Assembly: GCA_965140445.1 (NCBI GenBank)
Contig: OZ223236.1
Location: 352,001 to 416,000 of the forward strand
Source: Candidatus Ozemobacteraceae bacterium
GTDB lineage: Bacteria; Muiribacteriota; Ozemobacteria; Ozemobacterales; Ozemobacteraceae
DNA length: 64,000 nt
Reading direction: 5' to 3'
Notes under the pieces: model-generated
The model's input: only the letters and a program-made list of their open reading frames with translations
The model's database searches: none
What the model was told of the DNA's origin: nothing
Program-made: the position numbers and the translations under genes
Shown here: positions 50,203-59,529 of the stretch, piece after piece
How the letters are laid out: every line of letters starts with the position of its first letter
Numbering within the stretch: position 1 is the first letter of the stretch

Positions 50203-50221
50203 ACTTGAGGAGATTTGACAA

Positions 50222-51298
50222 ATGTCTACAGCAAATCTACAGGATCTTAGAAATTCAATCGATACCCTGGACAATGAAATTCTTCATAAATTAGAAGAAA
50301 GAGGAAGAATAGCCCGAGCCATTTTTAAAATTAAAGCTGAGCAGGGCGAGAGCAACAATTTCTCTCCGGAAAGAGAAGCAGAGGTCTTTAACAATCTTTT
50401 AAAAGATTACTCTGGAAAACTAGACCAAAAAGCAATCAGAAGAATTTTTGCTGAAATTATATCTGTTTGCCGTAGCTCTATTGAGCCTGTCAGATATACT
50501 ATTCTGGGCTCTGACAAAGACTGGCAACAAAGCGCGGCAATAGAAAGATACGGGAGCTCTTCAAAATATTCCACTGTTGATAACGGTGAAGAGTTGTTAT
50601 CAAGACTGGAAGCCAACCCTGAAGAATTGGGAATAATTTCAACAGACTGTCGTGATAAAAATCTGATTCTAGAAGCCATGATATCTGATCGATTCCACAT
50701 TATTGATCAGTTTTCTGTTCTTCCAGAATATTCATTTGTAACCAACTGTGAAAAAGAAGTCTCTGAAATATACGAAATTTGTGTTACTCAAAGTCAACTA
50801 CAGCGCTTAAGAGAATTTTTCATAAGCTTTTCATATGATTTAAAAATCAACATCTGCCGGAGCGTTTCAGAAATAGTAGAAACACTCCATAAGCCAGAAC
50901 CAGTAGCTGGACTGATTCCAACAAACATAGCAAAGAACATTAGTGAACTCAGAATAATAAAATCAGGTTTAAGATCTGTTAATCCATCTCCGGTAAGCTT
51001 TTTAACCATTAGAGCCGGTCAAGGTCCTTCATTTAAACCCGGGCAGAATGCCTGCGTAATTTGCTCTTTATCAGATTCAAAAGCCGATCTTGGTGAAACC
51101 ATTGAATTTCTACACCAATCCAGGGTTAAGATTTTTGATTTGAGTCACATTACCTTTACTGATAAGCCATGGCAAAGCCTTTTGTCCATATATTGCAAAT
51201 CTCCATCAGATCAATGCTCATTTGAGCAAACAATTGAAAAATTAGCTCAGAAAACTGGAATGGCAAAATGCGTTGGATTCTTTCCAGAGCATGACTGA
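50222..51298 (+). CDS. PheA-like protein: AroQ chorismate mutase plus a highly diverged PDT/ACT region
   Basis: LRNSIDTLD..IL..LEER...K...PERE (AroQ); P-protein length and layout ending CVGFFP, but PDT motifs are missing. Confidence 0.7.
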   Translation: MSTANLQDLRNSIDTLDNEILHKLEERGRIARAIFKIKAEQGESNNFSPEREAEVFNNLLKDYSGKLDQKAIRRIFAEIISVCRSSIEPVRYTILGSDKDWQQSAAIERYGSSSKYSTVDNGEELLSRLEANPEELGIISTDCRDKNLILEAMISDRFHIIDQFSVLPEYSFVTNCEKEVSEIYEICVTQSQLQRLREFFISFSYDLKINICRSVSEIVETLHKPEPVAGLIPTNIAKNISELRIIKSGLRSVNPSPVSFLTIRAGQGPSFKPGQNACVICSLSDSKADLGETIEFLHQSRVKIFDLSHITFTDKPWQSLLSIYCKSPSDQCSFEQTIEKLAQKTGMAKCVGFFPEHD

Positions 51299-52760
51299 TC
51301 AGGACTCCAAGCCTTTTAAATACTCAATTGGTGCTAGAGTTGCTGTTGAAAGCCTTTCTTTTCTAGTCATTTTTTACCTTACCGTCTATGGCCGGCAAGT
51401 CTGTCCATTTATGGGTAGCCTTTACTTTTTTGAGCTTGCAACAAATTTATTTATTATAATGCTTGCTCAGACAGTAATTCGTTGGCAACTGAATAGAAAA
51501 TATCTAAAAATATCCAAAGATAGTTCGCCTCCACACATCTCTTATCGACTATCACTTTTAACATGGGCTATCTCCGGCATTCTTGCTATTGTCTTTCACA
51601 AAATCAAATATCCAGGGTTTCCTTTTTCAAGCATGATTAAGCTCCTTTCAGGTTATTGGGGAATGGGAGGGGGACTTCTTTCACTACTTGAGTACACTAT
51701 CTATGAAAATGATTTTCGCAAAATGCACCTTACCGTTTCCTCAAATTACCGTGAAAAAATTTCTCGTCGTTTTTTGCTTTCAATAGCTTTATCTGCTGGC
51801 ATTCCGGTTATGGCTTTGCTTTTAATTGAAGGCAACAATATTTATCTCGGCAATGTTTCCATCAAGGCGGGCTTTGAAGCACTCTTTTTAGGAACTTTCA
51901 TGGTAGCCGTAGCAATTGCAGTGGGCTGGTTTTACGGAAAGCATCTTGAGCAGGATATCGAAAAAATCACCGAGGGAATAAATTCCATCTCAACTGGCGA
52001 TTATCACAAGCATTTGGATACGACTCGCTTAGACGAGTTGGGAAATGTTTCAAATGGAATTAATGAAATGGCGAATGGACTTGCTCTTAGAGAAAGAATT
52101 AAAGATGCATTTGGGCGCTTTGTTTCTCCCGAGATAGCAAAGGAATTTATTTCCAACTATGTTGAATGTGATAAATCCCACCAAATGGGAGGAACCAGAA
52201 GAAAGCTTACGGTTCTTTATTGTGATATAAGAAACTTCACTCCTCTTTCAGAGACCTTAGCCCCAGAAGCTCTGGCCAATTTGCTCAACTCATATTTTAG
52301 TGTGATGGTAAAAGCCATTAGAGAAAATGGTGGAATGATTGATAAATTCATTGGCGATGCCATAATGGCGGTTTTTGGATTAACAGAAACAGAACAAAAT
52401 CATGCCCTTCAAGCCGTAAAAGCAGCAATTCAAATGCAAAAAGAATTGGAAACGTTTAATAAAGATCTTGTTAAACGAGGATTTGCGCCAATTAGAAATG
52501 GAATTGGCATTCACACCGGAATAGTTGTTGCGGGCTATATTGGCTGCATGGATCGGCTGGAATTTACGGTAATTGGACAAACGGTTAACATCGCAGCTAG
52601 ACTTGAAAGTATAGCTAAAGCGCCAAACCCGCCAATCGTATTCAGCGAATCAGTAATGAAAATGATTTCAGATGAGTTCAAAGTTAAATCTTTTGGAATG
52701 CAGTCCTTGAAGGGAGTTACAAAAGATCTAGAAGTCTTTTCTATTGAAAGCTTACAGTAA
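51291..52760 (+). CDS. Multi-TM class III adenylate cyclase with HAMP domain
   Basis: About 6 TMs, DELG HAMP, YCDIRNFT, DKFIGDAIMA, FTVIGQTVNIAARLE; alternative start TTG 51273. Confidence 0.9.
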   Translation: MTDQDSKPFKYSIGARVAVESLSFLVIFYLTVYGRQVCPFMGSLYFFELATNLFIIMLAQTVIRWQLNRKYLKISKDSSPPHISYRLSLLTWAISGILAIVFHKIKYPGFPFSSMIKLLSGYWGMGGGLLSLLEYTIYENDFRKMHLTVSSNYREKISRRFLLSIALSAGIPVMALLLIEGNNIYLGNVSIKAGFEALFLGTFMVAVAIAVGWFYGKHLEQDIEKITEGINSISTGDYHKHLDTTRLDELGNVSNGINEMANGLALRERIKDAFGRFVSPEIAKEFISNYVECDKSHQMGGTRRKLTVLYCDIRNFTPLSETLAPEALANLLNSYFSVMVKAIRENGGMIDKFIGDAIMAVFGLTETEQNHALQAVKAAIQMQKELETFNKDLVKRGFAPIRNGIGIHTGIVVAGYIGCMDRLEFTVIGQTVNIAARLESIAKAPNPPIVFSESVMKMISDEFKVKSFGMQSLKGVTKDLEVFSIESLQ

Positions 52761-52771
52761 TATGCAAAAAC

Positions 52772-53623
52772 TCATAAATTGAACTTGGAGCTGGCCTCAA
52801 GTCTTTCTTCTGAAATAATGTAGTTATTTTCTGAATATTTGATTTCCGTATTCGAAACACTCTTACTGCTAAGCGGAAATCCATCTTTAAGACGAACTTT
52901 TAAAATCCCACTTCTGTCTACTTTTAAATCAGCTTTAAGCTTTTCTCCATCTTTGTTTTCCGGGTCTGTTTCAAAACCCATTTTAAAAGAAATATCAGCA
53001 GTCCCAAGTGCTTCGTTGACTGAATCAAGAGTGTATTTAGCCTTTACCGTGCCATAGATAGGGGGACTGTTCAAATCAATTGAAACCGGTTGTTTGAAAC
53101 TATTTTCCCATTCGTCGCCCAATCCAATTTCTTTATCAGGGAAAAAGAGTAGATCATTTAAAAAATAGTCTTGGTACTCTTTTTCTGCGCCTTTTACTTC
53201 CTTAATTTTTCCCTGCTTATCTCTTAATGATTCAATTTTTGAACCAGATGCTCCCAAACCACTTGTCCAAAGCAGTTTATCTACAACTTCCTGTGGAATT
53301 TCCTGATTAGGCTGGCCTGGAGTGTAATATTCAAGAGAAGCGGTCGCAGTTTCCCAACTTGCGAACGAAAGACCAGGTGTTTTACCGGGAGCGATTTCCA
53401 TTTTTCCTGATGCGGTTAATTTGAGAAACATTTCTGTTTCGGGCATGAAAAGCATCGCCATTTTTGTTCTTCCATTAATGGTTATGGTGGAAGTAACAGA
53501 GGCCGCCTCTTTGTAATCAACTTTGAAATGGAACTTCTTTTCCTGAGCAAATATTAAAGTTGCTGTAGCAATTACAATACAAAAGCTCAAGATGGTAACC
53601 AGATTTCTTTTTTTGCGATTCAT
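52772..53623 (-). CDS. Secreted beta-rich hypothetical protein
   Basis: Signal peptide ending LIFA-Q; FPDKEIGLGDEW motif; no confident family. Confidence 0.65.
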   Translation of the reverse strand: MNRKKRNLVTILSFCIVIATATLIFAQEKKFHFKVDYKEAASVTSTITINGRTKMAMLFMPETEMFLKLTASGKMEIAPGKTPGLSFASWETATASLEYYTPGQPNQEIPQEVVDKLLWTSGLGASGSKIESLRDKQGKIKEVKGAEKEYQDYFLNDLLFFPDKEIGLGDEWENSFKQPVSIDLNSPPIYGTVKAKYTLDSVNEALGTADISFKMGFETDPENKDGEKLKADLKVDRSGILKVRLKDGFPLSSKSVSNTEIKYSENNYIISEERLEASSKFNL

Positions 53624-53668
53624 TCATCCCCTCCAGAAAGAAAATAATTCTAACCTCTGAACTTAATT

Positions 53669-54109
53669 CTAATCTGATTTTTCATTTTTCTCAAAGCCTG
53701 ATTTTTCCCCAAGAATTTTTCTTTCAAGCTTCATTTTCTCCAGATCACTATGTGCCAAAAGCATTGCTCCCAGAGCCAATATTCCAGTTGGGAAATATTT
53801 GAAAAAGTTATAATCCTGAATAATCATCACATATTCAAAAAAGAAATAAAATAGAAGAACAAAAGAAACCAAATCAAGAAGTAGCTTCTTTTCAGAATAA
53901 AGCAGGTTTAACTTTCCTTCTTTTATAAATTTTATTAATAAAACCCCTGGAATTAATGAAGCGAAGAAAATAATCAAATTTTTCTGTGAAAAGGTGTCAA
54001 TAAGCCATTCAAAAGCGTGCAATCCAATTTTAATGGAAATCAGAATCAATCCTACAAACGCTGCAAAATAAATTACAGAAAGTAGTATTTCCCGATCCTT
54101 GGAATTCAT
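53669..54109 (-). CDS. Hypothetical membrane protein (about 4 TMs)
   Basis: 146-aa hydrophobic ORF with ATGA overlap to the upstream GNAT gene. Confidence 0.65.
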   Translation of the reverse strand: MNSKDREILLSVIYFAAFVGLILISIKIGLHAFEWLIDTFSQKNLIIFFASLIPGVLLIKFIKEGKLNLLYSEKKLLLDLVSFVLLFYFFFEYVMIIQDYNFFKYFPTGILALGAMLLAHSDLEKMKLERKILGEKSGFEKNEKSD

Positions 54110-54900
54110 GGTCTACTTTTTACTGAAAACTTAATTATGCTGTGCCTGGAGATAAAACCAGCTTTCTCCAACGTCTTTCTTGAAGCGATATTTTCTGCTG
54201 CACATCCACAAACAGGAACGAACCTGTTCTTATGACAGTAAGCTGCTACATCTCTAATAATTGCGGTACCAATCCCTTTTCTTCTCGAATCAGGATGAAC
54301 TAACATCCCAATATCAAAATGAGGACGACTTTTTACAATTCTTTGAAACAAACCGCAGCCAAGAACTTTACCGGCCTGCTCATAAACAAACAAGCTTGAG
54401 TTTTTGATTACGGCTTCCAGCTCTTCTCTGGAATCAAATAAATCAGCCTTGAATCCATCCAGCAAATCAATATCATCAAGATTTGCCAGCCTTCTGCGGG
54501 CAAACTTTATTTCCATGGAATCTTTGAGGTTTTCTGCAATAAACTCCCTAAAAAGACAGCCCATCTCTGAATGCTTTTGATAATTGCTTATACAACTCTT
54601 CAATAATAGAGGGTCAAAAGATTTACAAAGAACAATCTCTACGTCGTAATGATCTATTATGTGAGAAAAAATAGTCTGATAATTTGAAACCTGCTTATCT
54701 GCAAGCCAGAATTCCACAATTCCAAATTTTGGATGCAAAATGAAATAACCAGCATCAAAATTAGCATACTTAATTTTGAAAACCTCAGAATCAGCAACCA
54801 ACAACTCTATGAAAAGCTCTTGAGATTCATAAATTGATTCAAAATACTCCTCACGATAAACGCCTATTTCAGATAAAGTCGCCTTTTCAAATTTTACCAT
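54106..54900 (-). CDS. GNAT acetyltransferase (C-terminal GNAT domain)
   Basis: IGMLVHPDSRRKGIG, NIASRKTLEKAGF. Confidence 0.85.
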   Translation of the reverse strand: MVKFEKATLSEIGVYREEYFESIYESQELFIELLVADSEVFKIKYANFDAGYFILHPKFGIVEFWLADKQVSNYQTIFSHIIDHYDVEIVLCKSFDPLLLKSCISNYQKHSEMGCLFREFIAENLKDSMEIKFARRRLANLDDIDLLDGFKADLFDSREELEAVIKNSSLFVYEQAGKVLGCGLFQRIVKSRPHFDIGMLVHPDSRRKGIGTAIIRDVAAYCHKNRFVPVCGCAAENIASRKTLEKAGFISRHSIIKFSVKSRP

Positions 54901-55132
54901 TTTTAGTCCTTGGAATTTTTTTGGTATTTTAGCATGATTAAATAATTTTCAGTGATCATTTTTTTCTGTATTAGCCACCAATAGCTTATAAAGGTTTACT
55001 AAAAATATGGAATGAGAATCTCCTCAGTTAAAACTTTTTTTTTTTTTTGAAACATCCACCAACTTTAATGTTTGAAATCTCATTCTGAAATTTTCCTCTG
55101 AAAGCTCGATTTAAGTTTAATATCTACAATAT

Positions 55133-55167
55133 AAAAGAAGAAGCATCAACTTTGTTGATGCTTCTTC
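55133..55167 (-). terminator. Intrinsic terminator after Cache protein 1
   Basis: Perfect 14-bp stem GAAGAAGCATCAAC/GTTGATGCTTCTTC followed by a U-tract on the minus strand. Confidence 0.8.
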
Positions 55168-55184
55168 CAAATTTAGTCTAATAA

Positions 55185-55772
55185 CTATTTTGCGCTGCTA
55201 ATTAACTTATCTATCTCTTCGTCAGTCAATCCGTAGATTCCGCAACCAACAACAAACTTTTCACCGTAGGAAGTCTGACAAATTTTTACGTATGAAACTT
55301 TTCTCTGGATTTCCTTTACCCCTGGAATAGGCCAATAATAATCAACCCAGCCTGCTCCTCGCTTTTGAACAGTATTATTCATCTCAATGAAAAATCGTTT
55401 GCCTTTTTTATCCTTCATTCCCAGCAAGGCTCTGCCTTCCATCTTATACTTTATCGGATGCATCTGCATTACGCCTTCCAGGTCATGAATCCAGATATAA
55501 GTTCCGCCAAAAATGAATTTGCTTTTTCTTCCCATGAATTGCGGAAAGGCTTTTCTTCCCTCTTTTTTCAAAAGCTTACAAGCTTCTTCAACTTTTTTTA
55601 CTACCATTTCAGGAGAAATTGGGTCTTTAGAAGTCTCAAAACAAAATTCCTCGCTATCCTTAGAAAGCTGGTTTCTTGAAACAACATGGTCCAAATCCAA
55701 AGAATAATCCTGAGAAAAAGCTAACAAGGGAAAAAATACAACCAAAACCAAAATCATTCCTAATCGTTTCAT
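55185..55772 (-). CDS. Stand-alone exported single Cache (sCache_2-like) protein, paralog 1
   Basis: Signal peptide; YIWIHD..G.MQMHP, KDKKGK, GWVDYYWP.PG, RKVSYV, VGCG; no output domain. Confidence 0.85.
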   Translation of the reverse strand: MKRLGMILVLVVFFPLLAFSQDYSLDLDHVVSRNQLSKDSEEFCFETSKDPISPEMVVKKVEEACKLLKKEGRKAFPQFMGRKSKFIFGGTYIWIHDLEGVMQMHPIKYKMEGRALLGMKDKKGKRFFIEMNNTVQKRGAGWVDYYWPIPGVKEIQRKVSYVKICQTSYGEKFVVGCGIYGLTDEEIDKLISSAK

Positions 55773-55849
55773 CTATGTCTCCTACGGTATTTAAAATCCG
55801 AAACGAGTGGCAAATCAAGCTATTAAAAAATAGCTAACGTACATTCTTA

Positions 55850-55893
55850 ACCATATCCGAAGAATTGAAATCTGGCAACATTACAACATAATA
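55850..55893 (-). promoter_or_regulatory. Promoter plus palindromic operator of Cache paralog 1 (copy 1 of a duplicated element)
   Basis: Minus strand TTGCCA-N17-TATGGT with ATTATGTTGTAAT next to the -35; similar copy at 58640-58683. Confidence 0.65.
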
Positions 55894-55908
55894 CTCTTTC
55901 GTATAACC

Positions 55909-57891
55909 TTAAACTTCTGGAAGCTTGAACCTAGAAAGTAGAATTTGTAATTCATTAGCCTGCGAAGCCAATTCCTGAGAATCATTGGAGCTCTTCTCTG
56001 CTTCCATAGCATTTTGCTGAGTAACTTTATCGATTTGCTCGAGTCCAGTATTTACATTTGAAACACCATTAGCTTGCTCCGAGGAAGCTTCAGAAATTTT
56101 CTGAACAAGATCCGTCGTTTTGGTAATAGATTCAACAATTTCAGATAAAGCAATGGCGGTGTGCCTGGTAATCTCTCGTCCGTCTTCCACAACGCAAGAA
56201 GACGCTTCGATCAACTCTGCGGTTTCTCTGGCTGCTTTTGCACTCCTGGCTGCAAGGTTGCGAACTTCGTCTGCAACTACCGCAAACCCCTTCCCGTGTC
56301 TACCAGCTCTAGCCGCTTCAACTGCAGCATTCAATGCTAAAAGATTGGTTTGAAAAGCTATATCCTCAATAACCTTAAGTATCAGAGAAATTTTGTCGCT
56401 GGAGTTCTTTATTTCTTCCATGGATCTGGTAAGATCCTGCATCTTGTCATTGCCATTTTGTGCAGATCCCATAGCCGCAGCGGCCAATTTACTAGCATTT
56501 AGCGCACTTTCGGCATTGGAATTGGCCTGCGAACCAATCTCAGTCAAAGAACTACTCAACTCCTGGAGTGATGAAGCAGAGCGAACAGAGCCATCAGATA
56601 AGGATTCACTGACATCCGAAACTCTTGTAGCGATTGAAGAAACCTTCGCCCCACAAATATTAATGCTTTTTATTACCTCAGCCAGGCTAATGGTCATTGA
56701 ATTCAAAGCTACGCCCAACGAATCTTTTTCAGACAACAGATCTATCTGGTTAGTAAAATCACCTTCTGAAATTGCCTTTGCAATGGTCACTTTCTTTTGT
56801 TGCTCGGCAACCATTTCTTTAAAAGCTTCTGTCATGATGCCAATTTCGTCTTTTGACTCATGAGTAATCTTAACCTCAATGTTTCCCAAAGCAATTTCTT
56901 TAACAACCTCGGTTAACTCATTAATTGGCCGGGTAATCCTAATAGAGATAAAAACAGAAGTAACAACAAACACAAGAACAGAAAAAATAAATACTATCAA
57001 AAGATATGAGTATGCTAGTTTTTTCTCTGCTGCTATCACCTCATTGGCGGAGGTTTTTAATGCAACAACACCATCAATTACTTTGTTTCCAGCTTCATCC
57101 AGTTTTGCGAGCAAAGTTTGCTCCTCGTTATAGCCAACCTTTAGGGTATCCAAAAGCTGAGAGAACTCATTTAGTGAGGCAGAAATCTTTTCTGAATTTT
57201 TCACAAGCATGTCATCTTTTATTATGACTGAAAACTGCTTCATGCCCTCGGGAAGTTCTTTACCCTCTTTATCAAGAATCTTTTTACAATCATCCAGAAG
57301 TTTCTCATCACCAGTATTCAAATACTGTTGCTGAAGGCTTTGCAAACGAAATAAGGTGGCGGCACCTTCACTTATAAGTACAACCAGTCCCACATGGCTA
57401 CTATCCAGATCTTCTCCCTCCATTTGAAGTTCCAGTTGCTTTTCAGAAATCTTCGCCTGCATTTCGCTAAGTAACTGCCTTGAGCTAGCTACTGGCTTAA
57501 TAACTCTGGCTTCTAATATATTATTCTCTTCTGTTTTCTTCAGTATGTTGCTGAAAAGAGATTGATATTGATGGAAAAGGTCTTCAACAATGGAAATCTT
57601 CTCCCTGGAGGATTCAGCTAAATGTGAGTTCTTTAAACTTTCTAAGCCGGAGTTAATATTCTTACATTTCGCGTTAAACTCAGCAAGATATTCTGGCTTT
57701 AAGAACTGTAAAAACCTTTTTTCAAGTACCCGACCTTCGATAGTCAGGTTAGAAATTCTTCCAATCTCATCTTTTAAAAGATTGATGTTTCCAATCCTGT
57801 AGGCGAAAAAATACCAGCCAGTTCCTGCAGAAACACCAATAAAGAAAATTGCAATACAAACGAAAAGAGCTAATCTTTGCTTTATAGTCAT
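55909..57891 (-). CDS. Methyl-accepting chemotaxis protein with a large helical periplasmic domain
   Basis: TM, ~270-aa helical region, [43 protein letters not shown]. Confidence 0.95.
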   Translation of the reverse strand: MTIKQRLALFVCIAIFFIGVSAGTGWYFFAYRIGNINLLKDEIGRISNLTIEGRVLEKRFLQFLKPEYLAEFNAKCKNINSGLESLKNSHLAESSREKISIVEDLFHQYQSLFSNILKKTEENNILEARVIKPVASSRQLLSEMQAKISEKQLELQMEGEDLDSSHVGLVVLISEGAATLFRLQSLQQQYLNTGDEKLLDDCKKILDKEGKELPEGMKQFSVIIKDDMLVKNSEKISASLNEFSQLLDTLKVGYNEEQTLLAKLDEAGNKVIDGVVALKTSANEVIAAEKKLAYSYLLIVFIFSVLVFVVTSVFISIRITRPINELTEVVKEIALGNIEVKITHESKDEIGIMTEAFKEMVAEQQKKVTIAKAISEGDFTNQIDLLSEKDSLGVALNSMTISLAEVIKSINICGAKVSSIATRVSDVSESLSDGSVRSASSLQELSSSLTEIGSQANSNAESALNASKLAAAAMGSAQNGNDKMQDLTRSMEEIKNSSDKISLILKVIEDIAFQTNLLALNAAVEAARAGRHGKGFAVVADEVRNLAARSAKAARETAELIEASSCVVEDGREITRHTAIALSEIVESITKTTDLVQKISEASSEQANGVSNVNTGLEQIDKVTQQNAMEAEKSSNDSQELASQANELQILLSRFKLPEV

Positions 57892-57914
57892 TTTAGTCCC
57901 TTATACTTCATTAG

Positions 57915-57955
57915 ACAAAAGCAACTAGCCGCATCCCAGAAGGAAACGGCTAGTT
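57915..57955 (-). terminator. Hairpin between Cache paralog 2 and the MCP (weak terminator or stabiliser)
   Basis: AACTAGCCG/CGGCTAGTT stem followed by GCTTTTGT on the minus strand. Confidence 0.55.
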
Positions 57956-57971
57956 ATTGACAAAAAAGAAA

Positions 57972-58553
57972 CTATTTTGAAGAAACTAAATTGTCGATCT
58001 CAGCATCGGACAGACCGTAAATCCCGCATCCAACAACAAATTTTTCTTTCTCTGGTGTTTCACAGAGTTTTACAAATGAAACTTTTCTCTGAATGTCTTT
58101 TGAGCCAGGAACAGGCCAATGGTAATCTACCCATCCAGAACCTTTTTCCTGAGCAACTTTATTCATTTCAACAAAAAATCTTTTTCCCTTCTTGTCTTTT
58201 AAAACAAGGAGCGGCTTACCTTCCATTTTGTATTTCAATGGGTGCATCTGCATTACGCCTTCAAGATCATGAATCCAAATATAGGTCCCAGCAAAAATAA
58301 ATTTGCTATCTTTTCCCATAAACTTACTAAATGACTTTCGCCCTTCACTTGCAACCAACTGGCAAGCTTCTTCAACTTTTTTTATTACCGCATCAGCAGT
58401 GGGCTTTTCTTTAGCCGTCTCAGCACAAAAAGCTTCACTCTCTTTGGCAAGAGTTTCGCGAGACACAGGAGCGGCAGCATTATCCTGACAAAAACCTATT
58501 CCAGGAAAAGCCATTACTACTATCATGGCTAAAAACATAACAAATTTTCTCAT
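57972..58553 (-). CDS. Stand-alone exported single Cache (sCache_2-like) protein, paralog 2
   Basis: Signal peptide; same motifs as 55185-55772 and roughly two-thirds identical to it by eye. Confidence 0.85.
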   Translation of the reverse strand: MRKFVMFLAMIVVMAFPGIGFCQDNAAAPVSRETLAKESEAFCAETAKEKPTADAVIKKVEEACQLVASEGRKSFSKFMGKDSKFIFAGTYIWIHDLEGVMQMHPLKYKMEGKPLLVLKDKKGKRFFVEMNKVAQEKGSGWVDYHWPVPGSKDIQRKVSFVKLCETPEKEKFVVGCGIYGLSDAEIDNLVSSK

Positions 58554-58639
58554 TCCTATTCCTCCAACAGATTTATTAAAATAGTGGGCATTTTGATATC
58601 TCTTTATAAATGTATTTAATATTCCACCCTTCTAAATAG

Positions 58640-58683
58640 AAAATATCCGATTAATCAAAATCTGGCAATACTACAACGTAATA
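58640..58683 (-). promoter_or_regulatory. Promoter plus palindromic operator of Cache paralog 2/MCP (copy 2)
   Basis: Minus strand TTGCCA-N17-TATTTT with ATTACGTTGTAGT next to the -35. Confidence 0.65.
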
Positions 58684-58757
58684 GAAACACCCGCGCAAAA
58701 GGCTTCTTTAAGTAAATAAGCTGGATACAGTTAAAAAAAAAATCCACATTTGTTGCT

Positions 58758-59504
58758 TTAGAGTCTTTGATAAATTGAAAATGGAAGCAACTTTAATAAC
58801 CAGGCGATCAGTTTCCAACGTTTTGTAACATAGGCAACTCGTTTTTTCTTTTGAATCGCATCCCAAATTTGGCTCGCTGCAACTTCTGGGGACGCAACCC
58901 AGAATAATCCATCGCCTTGAGCCATTTTTGTGTCAACAAAACCGGGTCGTATATCAGTAACAAAAATTGGAAAACCACTTTTAAAGACTTTTATAGCAAG
59001 GCCTTCTAAAAAATTTGAAACAAAAGCTTTTGAAGCATTGTAAGAGGGCGCAATGTAACCGCCCCTGAGACAGGCAATGGACGAAATACCAACCAGATGT
59101 CCAGATTTAATACTAAAAAGATGTTTTGCTGCAACGGTTGTCATGGCAGTAAAACCGGCCACATTAACCGCTACTGTCTCCAGCTCCTTTGAAATATCCA
59201 ACTCTGGGTTTAAGCTTCCAGTTCCGGCACAAATTATAAAAAGTTGAACCTCACCCATCTCACCGATCAAATCGTTCAGCTGAGAAATGGCGTCATCAGT
59301 CTTTGACACATCGATATCTTTTACATACATCTTTGTAGGAAGCTCGCTAGCTAATGAATCCAAAAGTTCTTTGCGTCTACCAATGATTCCAACTTCGTAT
59401 TTCTCTGCAGACAGTTTCTTTGCCAAAGCTCGTCCAATTCCTGACGATGCACCAACTATAATAGCCTTTTTTAAGCACTCAGACAAGATTTTCTCCTTAA
59501 TCAA
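58758..59504 (-). CDS. SDR family oxidoreductase
   Basis: GASSGIG, YNASK, PGFVDT; the true start may be TTG 59486 after AAGGAG. Confidence 0.9.
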   Translation of the reverse strand: MIKEKILSECLKKAIIVGASSGIGRALAKKLSAEKYEVGIIGRRKELLDSLASELPTKMYVKDIDVSKTDDAISQLNDLIGEMGEVQLFIICAGTGSLNPELDISKELETVAVNVAGFTAMTTVAAKHLFSIKSGHLVGISSIACLRGGYIAPSYNASKAFVSNFLEGLAIKVFKSGFPIFVTDIRPGFVDTKMAQGDGLFWVASPEVAASQIWDAIQKKKRVAYVTKRWKLIAWLLKLLPFSIYQRL

Positions 59505-59529
59505 TAAGTAATAGTTTCAAACCAAACAG

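Noticed and set aside
56120..57802. Plus-strand ORFs inside the MCP
   Set aside because: Antisense shadows of a well-supported gene
55185..58553. Cache paralog similarity as a DGR template/variable repeat pair
   Set aside because: Both copies are intact genes, differences are spread throughout, and no reverse transcriptase is present
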